NCBI GenBank assembly: GCA_963674695.2
Contig: CAXXGI010000002.1
Span: 736,001-800,000, forward strand
Source: a bacterium
GTDB taxonomy: Bacteria > UBA10199 > 2-02-FULL-44-16 > JAAZCA01
Reading direction: 5' to 3'
DNA: 64,000 bases
The notes under the pieces are model-generated. The model saw nothing but the letters and a program-made list of their open reading frames with translations, did no database searches and was not told the origin of the DNA. A program made the translations under genes and the position numbers. Below, one piece after another: positions 47,774 to 55,419 of the stretch. Position 1 is the stretch's first letter, and every line of letters begins with the position of its first letter.

Positions 47774-48133
47774 ATGATGCACGCAAAGACGATTCCCTGT
47801 GCTCAGTGTCGCGGCGATTGCTGTACGGGCATGGCCGTCGAGATTCCGACGCCAAAGACGCGCAACGACTATCTCGATATTCGATGGTATCTCTATCATG
47901 AACGCACGCAGGTCTACATCGATCACGCGGGGATCTGGGTGATCGAGATGGATCTCCCCTGTCGCCACCGGGATCCGCGCGGGGGCCGATGCCGCATCTA
48001 TGCCAAGCGCCCTCCGGTCTGTCGCCAGGCTCGTCCCGCTCACTGTGAGATGAACGAGGATGATGCCCTGCTGCGGTTTCGGACGGTTGCGGAGTATGAC
48101 GCGTGGTTGGCCGGAGGGCGGCGGACGAAATAA
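47774..48133 (+). CDS. YkgJ-family cysteine cluster protein
   Basis: CAQCRGDCC..C..CRIYAKRPPVCR..C. Confidence 0.82.
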   Translation: MMHAKTIPCAQCRGDCCTGMAVEIPTPKTRNDYLDIRWYLYHERTQVYIDHAGIWVIEMDLPCRHRDPRGGRCRIYAKRPPVCRQARPAHCEMNEDDALLRFRTVAEYDAWLAGGRRTK

Positions 48134-48195
48134 CTTGCTTTATCGCGCACTTGGAGTAAAAACAGTCCCGATATGGAACCTCCTCAAGGCCGCAT

Positions 48196-49476
48196 ATGTT
48201 TACTTTTTTCACCGAGCTTGTCCGCAAGGATGTCCTGGACCGCCACGGGCGTTTCGTTGGGCACCCGTACGACTTCACCGCGCAGTTGAACGAGACCTAT
48301 CCGCGCGTTACCTCTCTCATCGTCGCCTCCGGCCTGATTCGCAAGACCTACTACATCGTCCCCTGGAACGAGGTGCATCAGACGGCCTCCGGCCTTCAGC
48401 TCAAGGTGCCGCTGGCGTCGCTCGAGGGGCGCCCCGACTATCCGCGCGATGAAGGGGCGACCCTGCGCCGTGGGGTGCTCGATCAGCAGGTGGTCGATAC
48501 CTTTAATCGCAAGGTGGTCCGGGTGAACGACCTGCACTTCCTGCGTGTCGATGATGATCTGCGCATCGCACATGTCGATATCGGCTTTCGCGGACTCATC
48601 CGTCGGCTCGGGTGGGAGCACGCGGTCGATGGCATCGTGAAGTTTTTCAATCGACATGCGCGCTATCTCACCGACGAGGGATTTATCTCCTGGAAATACG
48701 TCCAGCCGCTCTCCATTCAATCGGCGACGGGCTGCATTCAACTCTCCGTCGAGATGGAGGAGCTGCGCAAGATTCCGCCGTCGGACATCTCGACCATGCT
48801 CATGGAGCTCGATCCATATCAGCGCGCGGCGCTGGTGAAGACCATGGACGTGCAGAGTCAGGTCGATGTCATTACCGAGCTGGAGCTGAAGTGGCAGAAG
48901 GATCTGCTCGAAGAGCTCGACACGCAGACCGCGGTGCGCCTCATCGAACGGATGCCCGCCGATGAGGCGACCGATCTGCTCGCCGAGCTCTCCAAACGCG
49001 ATGCCGAGCGAATTTTGGGCGCCATCAGCACGAAGAAGGCGCGCGAGATCGCCGAGCTCATGGAACACGAATCCGATTCGGCCGGCGGTCTGATGACCAC
49101 CGAATTCATCACGCTGCGTCCCGGCATGTCGGTCGGCGAGGCGATCGAGTATATTCGGACAGTCGAGCTGAAAAAGGCGGAGACGATCTATACCTGCTTT
49201 GTCGTCGACGACGAGGAGAAACTCATCGGTACAGTTTCCTATCGTAAGCTTTTGCTCGAGCCGCTCGACGAGCGCATCGACGATGTCATGTTGGAGAAAC
49301 CTCCCGCAGTGAACGTCGAAGATTCGGTGAAGGACGTCGCCTACGCGATGGATAAATACAATCTCTATACGCTCCCGGCGGTGGATGACGACGGCATCCT
49401 CGAGGGCATCATCACCGTCGATGATGTGCTGCATCTCGTCGTCGAAGAGGCGTGGGGTCGCAGGAGCGGAATGTAA
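48196..49476 (+). CDS. Soluble MgtE-like regulatory protein (PRC barrels, MgtE N-domain, CBS pair)
   Basis: LDQQVVD..VVRVND, MPADEATDLL, SAGGLMTTEF, GIITVDDV; no TM domain. Confidence 0.85.
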   Translation: MFTFFTELVRKDVLDRHGRFVGHPYDFTAQLNETYPRVTSLIVASGLIRKTYYIVPWNEVHQTASGLQLKVPLASLEGRPDYPRDEGATLRRGVLDQQVVDTFNRKVVRVNDLHFLRVDDDLRIAHVDIGFRGLIRRLGWEHAVDGIVKFFNRHARYLTDEGFISWKYVQPLSIQSATGCIQLSVEMEELRKIPPSDISTMLMELDPYQRAALVKTMDVQSQVDVITELELKWQKDLLEELDTQTAVRLIERMPADEATDLLAELSKRDAERILGAISTKKAREIAELMEHESDSAGGLMTTEFITLRPGMSVGEAIEYIRTVELKKAETIYTCFVVDDEEKLIGTVSYRKLLLEPLDERIDDVMLEKPPAVNVEDSVKDVAYAMDKYNLYTLPAVDDDGILEGIITVDDVLHLVVEEAWGRRSGM

Positions 49477-49479
49477 GAA

Positions 49480-49552
49480 CGTTCGATGGTCCGATGGTTC
49501 GACGGTTCGATGGTGAAACCGACGAACTGACGAACTGACGAACTGACGAACC
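49480..49552. repeat. Two-armed degenerate 8-mer tandem element (GTTCGATG / ACTGACGA)
   Basis: gttcgatggtccgatggttcgacggttcgatggt-gaa-accgacgaactgacgaactgacgaactgacgaacc. Confidence 0.75.
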
Positions 49553-49554
49553 AC

Positions 49555-50808
49555 ATGGATCATCTGCACAAAAGCAAATCACCCGTGAAAGGGTTTTGGC
49601 GGAACATCGCGCTCTTCCTGGCGGTGTTGGGGCCGGGCATCATTACGGCCAACGTCGACAACGATGCAGGTGGGATCGCCACCTATTCCATCGCGGGTGC
49701 GCATTTCGGCTATGCCTTTCTCTGGGCCGTCATCCCCGTCGTCTTTGCCCTCATCGTTATTCAGGAGATGAGTGCGCGCATGGGCGCGATCACCGGCAAG
49801 GGGTTGGCCGATCTCATTCGTGAAAACTTCGGCGCCAAGGTGACCTTCTACGCCATGCTCGCGCTGCTCTTTACGAACCTGGGCAACACCATGTCGGAGT
49901 TCTCCGGCGTAGCGGCCAGTCTCGAGATCTTCGGCGTCTCCAAATACATCAGCGTGCCGGCGGCGGCCATCTTCGTCTGGCTCTTGGTCGTGAAGGGGAA
50001 CTACAAGACGGTCGAGAAGGTTTTTCTCGTCGCCTGTCTCTTCTATGTGACCTACATCGTCTCCGGATTTATGGCAGGACCCGATTGGGGGACGGTTGGT
50101 TCCGAACTCGTCTCGCCCGAATTTCACTTCGACACGCCCTATATCTACATGCTCATCGGTATCATCGGTACGACCATCGCGCCCTGGCAGCTCTTCTTCA
50201 TGCAGTCCTCGATCGTCGAGAAGGGGATCGGGCCTGAACACTACAAACATTCGCGATGGGATGCCGTGATCGGGTGCCTCATGGCGGGAGTGGTCGTCTT
50301 CTTCATCATCGTCGCCTGTGCCGCGACCATCCATCCCACGGGCATTCGCATCGAAACGGCTGCTGATGCCGCGCTCGCCCTCAAACCGCTGGCCGGGAAA
50401 TACTGTTCCTGGCTCTTTGCCTTCGGGCTCTTCAACGCCTCGATCTTCGCCGCGACCGTGCTGCCTCTGGCGGTGGCCTATTATGTCTGCGAGGGCCTGG
50501 GCTGGGAAGCGGGGGTGAACAAGAGCTTTTCCGAGGCCCCGCAGTTCTACGGGCTCTTCACCGCGACGATTCTCATCGGCATGGGGGTCGTGCTCATTCC
50601 GGACTTTCCGCTCTTTCGCATGATGGTGATGTCGCAGGTCGTCAACGGCATCGTGCTGCCCTTCATCCTCGTCTTCATGGTGCTCATCATCAATCGTCGC
50701 GATATCATGGGCGAGTTCGTCAACGGTCGCGTCTGGAACTTCGTCTCTTGGTTCACCGCCGTCGCCACGATCGCCCTGACCCTCCTCATGATCCTGACGG
50801 TATTCTGA
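49555..50808 (+). CDS. NRAMP-family divalent cation transporter (Mg-type NRMT-like)
   Basis: GPGIITANVDNDAGGIATY, QEMSARMG, GTTIAPW; about 11 TM helices. Confidence 0.88.
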   Translation: MDHLHKSKSPVKGFWRNIALFLAVLGPGIITANVDNDAGGIATYSIAGAHFGYAFLWAVIPVVFALIVIQEMSARMGAITGKGLADLIRENFGAKVTFYAMLALLFTNLGNTMSEFSGVAASLEIFGVSKYISVPAAAIFVWLLVVKGNYKTVEKVFLVACLFYVTYIVSGFMAGPDWGTVGSELVSPEFHFDTPYIYMLIGIIGTTIAPWQLFFMQSSIVEKGIGPEHYKHSRWDAVIGCLMAGVVVFFIIVACAATIHPTGIRIETAADAALALKPLAGKYCSWLFAFGLFNASIFAATVLPLAVAYYVCEGLGWEAGVNKSFSEAPQFYGLFTATILIGMGVVLIPDFPLFRMMVMSQVVNGIVLPFILVFMVLIINRRDIMGEFVNGRVWNFVSWFTAVATIALTLLMILTVF

Positions 50809-50839
50809 TCTGATAGCCGCTGCTTCGCTTCAACCGTTG

Positions 50840-51044
50840 CATCGCGATCCGGATTCTTCCCTTCGTCGTAGGGGCGCGCTTCGCTCGCTACCCCTCACAA
50901 AAAATCCGTTGGCCTCATCAACATTGAGGATCCTCCTTCGTCGGCTCTCAATGTCGTGAGGCCAATCGGATTTTGTTGTTTCGGGATACGCTCGTCTCGC
51001 AAACGCGCCTTTATACTCCTTCGGGAAGAATCCGGATCGCGATG
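50840..51044. repeat. Rod-like palindromic element (MITE-like) with 22-bp perfect terminal IR
   Basis: CATCGCGATCCGGATTCTTCCC ... GGGAAGAATCCGGATCGCGATG with nested internal stems. Confidence 0.7.
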
Positions 51045-51152
51045 AAAGAAGAGGTCCCCGAAAGACACCCTGCCGGACGAGGGCTCACGAAAAGCGACGG
51101 AGCAGGACAGGGCTTCGCATGAAGTATGCCGGATGCATGGGGGAAGCTGTAT

Positions 51153-51803
51153 TCAGCCTAGCACGTGCGAGAGGATGACGAGGGCGAGATCCTCTTTGGG
51201 GAGCTGGGGCAGGGCGATCTTTTTGCCTTCGCTCGGGATGAGCAGGGCGCGTGCGGTTTTTGCGCCGATGACGTTGGCGTGGTTGGCGACGATCCAGTCG
51301 CATGCTTTTACTTTCAATTTCTTGCGGGCGTTGCGTTCCAGGTCTTTCGTCTCCAGGGCGAAACCGACGAGGATTTGATGCGATGGTTTGCGCTTGCCGA
51401 GTTCGGTGAGGATGTCGGGGTTTTCGATCAGTTCGATGGTTCGATGGTTCGATGGTCCGACGGTTTTCTTCCGCTTCTGTTTCGCCATTCGTCTTGGTCG
51501 CCAGTCGGCTACCGCGGCGGCCATGATGATGAGGTCCATCTTGGGCGCGAGTCGTTTGACCTGGGCGTGCATATCGCGTGCGGAGAGGACGTCGATGCGC
51601 GTGATCCCTTCGGGCGTGGCCAGTTCGACGGGACCCGCGACGAGGGTGACTTCACCGCCGAGGTGCGCAGCAGCGCGTGCGAGGGCAAAACCCATCTGTC
51701 CGGAGGAATCATTCGAGAGATAACGGACCGGGTCGATATATTCCCGCGTCGGCCCCGCCGTCACGAGCACCCGCTTTGCATGCGATGTCTGTCGCTTCAT
51801 CAT
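51153..51803 (-). CDS. coaB: Phosphopantothenate-cysteine ligase (stand-alone CoaB)
   Basis: VTAGPTREYIDPVRYLSNDSSGQMG, AAAVADW, NPDIL, VGFALET, IVAN. Confidence 0.9.
   Translation of the reverse strand: MMKRQTSHAKRVLVTAGPTREYIDPVRYLSNDSSGQMGFALARAAAHLGGEVTLVAGPVELATPEGITRIDVLSARDMHAQVKRLAPKMDLIIMAAAVADWRPRRMAKQKRKKTVGPSNHRTIELIENPDILTELGKRKPSHQILVGFALETKDLERNARKKLKVKACDWIVANHANVIGAKTARALLIPSEGKKIALPQLPKEDLALVILSHVLG
51431..51462. repeat. 8-mer tandem (GTTCGATG)x3 plus one degenerate unit inside the coaB coding sequence
   Basis: Translates as TVGPSNHRTIEL; same unit as the intergenic arrays at 49480 and 25784. Confidence 0.7.
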
Positions 51804-51814
51804 CGGCAGTCTGC

Positions 51815-52366
51815 CTATGAAAGGATGGTGGTGATCTCCGACACGATCGCAGCTGTTTCCGGTAAACGACCTTTGCCTTCATAGCCGCAGGCGAGTTCTC
51901 CCTCGGCGGGATCGATGAAGCGATAGCCGAGTTTCGTCAGACGCGTGACGTTCTCCTGGGTGATCGCATTCTCCCACATGTGGACGTTCATGGAGGGGGC
52001 AAAGACGACGGGTGCAGCGGTCGCACAGATGACGGTTGTGAGCAGATCGTCACAGATGCCGCAGCTCACCTTGGCGATGAGGTCGGCCGTTGCCGGTGCG
52101 ACGAGCAGGAGGTCGGCGCGGTCGGCGAGCGCGATGTGTCCCACCTCGCGCTCGCGGATCAGGTTGAACATCTCGGTGTGGACGGGATTTCCGGAGAGCG
52201 TCTGGAGTGTGAGCGGCGTGACGAATTGCAATCCGGCTTGTGTGAGCACGATGTGGACGTCAGCTCCCTGTTTGACCAACAGGCGCGTGAGCTCGCAACA
52301 CTTGTAAGCCGCGATTCCGCCGCCGATGCCGAGGACGATCTGCTTGGCTTTGAGCGTTTGGCCCAT
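51815..52366 (-). CDS. coaC: Phosphopantothenoylcysteine decarboxylase (stand-alone CoaC)
   Basis: GGGIAAYK, HIALA, APATAD, PSMNVHMW, LACGYEGKGRL. Confidence 0.9.
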   Translation of the reverse strand: MGQTLKAKQIVLGIGGGIAAYKCCELTRLLVKQGADVHIVLTQAGLQFVTPLTLQTLSGNPVHTEMFNLIREREVGHIALADRADLLLVAPATADLIAKVSCGICDDLLTTVICATAAPVVFAPSMNVHMWENAITQENVTRLTKLGYRFIDPAEGELACGYEGKGRLPETAAIVSEITTILS

Positions 52367-52367
52367 A

Positions 52368-52847
52368 TTAGCTCCGCTTTGCTGTCTTTCGTTTTGTCTT
52401 CGGTTTCGCCGTTTTCTTCGCCATGCGTTTGGCGGCGCGCTTTCGTCGCTCGCGCTGCAATCGGCGTTTGGCGCGTTCCATATCCTTCCAGTAGTCCCAC
52501 AGCTCGAGATCGGTCTGGAAGACGTGTTCGATGTCGTCGTATTCCTTTGGCGAGGCCATGCCGTGATCGCAGCGCCCCGGCATGTGTTTGCGGCAGATGC
52601 GCGAGCGCCGCTCATAGATGGTGCAGCGGTTGTCCTCGCCCAGATAGCTGCAGCGGTTGCGCACATAGAGGTTCCAGGCCTCGTCGTTGCCGACGTGAAT
52701 TTCGGCGCCCTGATGGGCCAGGATCCACGCGAGGTCGTCGACTTCGCTGCGTGTGTCCGGCTCATCGATCTCGATGCAGAAGTAGGTGCAGCAGGCAGCA
52801 CACTGTTGGCAGATGGCGGGTTGTTTCTCTCGTTTTTTGGTCGTCAT
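52368..52847 (-). CDS. YkgJ-family cysteine cluster protein with a basic tail
   Basis: CQQCAACC..RC..CTIYERRSRICR..C. Confidence 0.82.
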   Translation of the reverse strand: MTTKKREKQPAICQQCAACCTYFCIEIDEPDTRSEVDDLAWILAHQGAEIHVGNDEAWNLYVRNRCSYLGEDNRCTIYERRSRICRKHMPGRCDHGMASPKEYDDIEHVFQTDLELWDYWKDMERAKRRLQRERRKRAAKRMAKKTAKPKTKRKTAKRS

Positions 52848-52909
52848 AGTGATGCATCGCCTACTTGATGAGAACGTGCGAGTCAAGCGGGACAAACGGA
52901 GTGCGAGTG

Positions 52910-53069
52910 TTCTGGGAAATTGACGTTTGCTCTGCTCCTCTCGCTTACGGCTCCTCGCCTCAAACGCCGGCTCGTCGCCTGCTCTTCTTCGCACCGCAAC
53001 ATATGAGGCTTCGATTGCGGTGCTCGAAGAAGCCGCTCGAGGAGCAGAGCAAACGTCAATTTCCCAGAA
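52910..53069. repeat. MITE-like element with 31-bp perfect terminal inverted repeats
   Basis: TTCTGGGAAATTGACGTTTGCTCTGCTCCTC ... GAGGAGCAGAGCAAACGTCAATTTCCCAGAA; internal GCACCGCAA/TTGCGGTGC stem. Confidence 0.75.
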
Positions 53070-53074
53070 AAGCT

Positions 53075-53112
53075 GTTCACCGCTCACGGTTTACGGTTCA
53101 CCGTTTACGGTT
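53075..53112. repeat. Degenerate 7-mer tandem (GTTYACS)
   Basis: gttcaccgctcacggtttacggttcaccgtttacggttc. Confidence 0.55.
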
Positions 53113-53154
53113 CCTGTCTCCTGCGATAGCATGATGCTCAACACGGGAGGTTCT

Positions 53155-53727
53155 ATGGAGACGCTGCTCACCGATGTTCAGAAGGAGACGCTCTTGAAGT
53201 TGGCGCGGGCGACGATCGTCGCCTATCTCGAGGATGGCTCGCGCGCGCCGCTTCCTCCGGCGGAAGGGATCTTGGGGGAGAACTGTGGTGCCTTCGTGAC
53301 GCTGCATCTGCGGGGTCGGTTGCGTGGCTGTATCGGCAACATGGTCGGGCACTCGCCGCTGGTCGAGACGATTCAGGAGATGGCGATCGCTGCGGCCACG
53401 CAGGATCCGCGATTTCAGCGGGTGACGTCGGAGGAATTGAGCGCAATCGACATCGAGATTTCGGTGCTCACGCCCCTCACGCGCATCACGGATGTGAGCG
53501 CCATCGAGGTCGGTCGGCATGGGATCATCATGCGCCGGGGGCTCAATCAGGGCGTGCTCCTCCCGCAGGTGGCCAGCGAATATGGATGGGATCGTGAGAC
53601 CTTCCTGGAAAACACCTGTTCCAAGGCGGGGCTTCCCCCCGATGCTTGGCGCGATCCCGAGACCGTCATCGAGATCTTCTCCGCGCAGGTCTTCGGGGAA
53701 AAGGCCCGTGAGGGGGCTTCAGCCTGA
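53155..53727 (+). CDS. amrA: AmmeMemoRadiSam system protein A (AMMECR1 domain)
   Basis: GAFVTL..LRGCIG, DPRF, IEISVL, GVLLPQVA, KAGLP. Confidence 0.9.
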   Translation: METLLTDVQKETLLKLARATIVAYLEDGSRAPLPPAEGILGENCGAFVTLHLRGRLRGCIGNMVGHSPLVETIQEMAIAAATQDPRFQRVTSEELSAIDIEISVLTPLTRITDVSAIEVGRHGIIMRRGLNQGVLLPQVASEYGWDRETFLENTCSKAGLPPDAWRDPETVIEIFSAQVFGEKAREGASA

Positions 53728-53867
53728 GGCCCTCATCGGCGGGTTCCCTCTTCGGGGATCGAAACCAAAATCCCAGAAACACCCCTAAAATCAACCTCTT
53801 CTTGCATTCATTTCAGCTCGGTGCTAGCCAAAGCGCTTGAATCCTATGCGGTTATTGGGTGAGGGTC

Positions 53868-55418
53868 ATGGTGCGCACAAAAATCTGCTCCATCATTATA
53901 GGGATTGGTCTTCTCCTTTTTCCCCTCCTGTCGTCGGCGCAGCTCGGCCCGGGCGAGCCCATTCGGCTGAGTGCCGATGCGGTCATGAATCTGGCGCTCG
54001 AGCGCAGCTTCTCCATCAAGGAGACGGAGACGAAGCGCGATGTTGCCTATGAGAACGTCCGCGCCGCCAAGGGGATCTTCGACACCGATTTTGCCGCGAT
54101 GTTTTCGCACGAGATCGATAAATCCAAGCGGATGAGCACGGTCTTCGGCACGCGCAACGATTCTACCACCTGGCAGCTTTCCTTCGATCAGAAACTTCCC
54201 AGCGGTACGGGGCTGGGGCTGTCGCTTACAAACTTGCGCGAGAAGACCAGCGGCGCGCTTGCGGTTGGCGGTGTGCCCATCGTGCCCACACAGGCGCAGT
54301 GGGAGCCGATTCTTGGTATTCAGTTTTCTCAGCCCCTCATGCAGAACGCCTTCGGCTACATCGATCGGCGCACGGTCGAAGAAGCGCGCCGGGCGTACGC
54401 CTCCGCCGATGCGAACGTGCGCTATCAGGTGAGCCAGATCGTCGCGCAGTCGATGCTCAACTATTGGGGTGTGGTTTTCACTCGTGCACACGTTGCGGCG
54501 CTCAAAAAATCGGTGCAGTTTGCCCGCAACTTTCTCAACACGACGCTCGAGGAGCATAAGCTTGGCACGGCGGAGAAGACCGACGTGTTGGCTGGGCGTG
54601 CCAACCTTGCCAGCCGCGAGGTTGAGCTCGAAGAGGCGAAGGATCTGGCGCACAAGGCGGAACAGTCGTTGCGTGAATCGCTCGAGCTCGATCCGGGCGT
54701 CGATCTGGTGACGCTCGAACAGAAGCCGCCCATGGTCGATGGTGGGCGCGTGGACGACGCGCGGCTTGCCCGTTCTCTGGCGATGCGCGGCGATTACCAG
54801 GGCGCGTATGAAGAGGCCCAGCGTTCCCGCGTGAAGTTGGCCATGGAGAAGAATCGCCGTTGGCCGAGCTTGGATCTCGTCTCCACGCTCGAACTCAACG
54901 AGATCGATCCGAGCTATACGGATGCCTTCGCCGGGATGGACAGTCCCGATTGGACGATCGGCATGAACTTCAGCGTGCCGCTGCAAAATCGCGTCGCCCG
55001 CGCCGGCGCGCGCCAGGCCGAGGCGGAGCGGGCGCGATCGGTCTTCGCCCTCAAGAATCTCGAGAACCAGGTTATCAACGAGGTGAGCCGCCTCGCGCGA
55101 TCGCTCACCGATCGAAAACGTATCGTGCACACTGCGAAGCGATCCCACATCTTGCGCATAGAAAAACTCCACGGGGAGTTGGGAAAGTATAACCAGGGCC
55201 GTTCCTCCGCCGATTTTATCATTCGCGATCAGGATGATGCGGTTCGCGCAGAGCGCACGCTCATCGAATCCTGGTATGATTATGAGCGCGTGTTTCTCGA
55301 GCTGGCGGTCGCGGAAGGGATCCTCATACCCGTGCCCCCCTCGGTGGAGGAACAGGCGATTGCCGCCGCTGCTCCCGAAAGAGTCGAGGTGAGTGTTTCT
55401 CCGAAGGATGGTCGATAA
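53868..55418 (+). CDS. TolC-family outer membrane efflux protein
   Basis: Signal peptide; SQPLM, PSLDL, FSVPLQNR; repeated OEP helices; adjacent to the RND gene. Confidence 0.85.
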   Translation: MVRTKICSIIIGIGLLLFPLLSSAQLGPGEPIRLSADAVMNLALERSFSIKETETKRDVAYENVRAAKGIFDTDFAAMFSHEIDKSKRMSTVFGTRNDSTTWQLSFDQKLPSGTGLGLSLTNLREKTSGALAVGGVPIVPTQAQWEPILGIQFSQPLMQNAFGYIDRRTVEEARRAYASADANVRYQVSQIVAQSMLNYWGVVFTRAHVAALKKSVQFARNFLNTTLEEHKLGTAEKTDVLAGRANLASREVELEEAKDLAHKAEQSLRESLELDPGVDLVTLEQKPPMVDGGRVDDARLARSLAMRGDYQGAYEEAQRSRVKLAMEKNRRWPSLDLVSTLELNEIDPSYTDAFAGMDSPDWTIGMNFSVPLQNRVARAGARQAEAERARSVFALKNLENQVINEVSRLARSLTDRKRIVHTAKRSHILRIEKLHGELGKYNQGRSSADFIIRDQDDAVRAERTLIESWYDYERVFLELAVAEGILIPVPPSVEEQAIAAAAPERVEVSVSPKDGR

Positions 55419-55419
55419 G

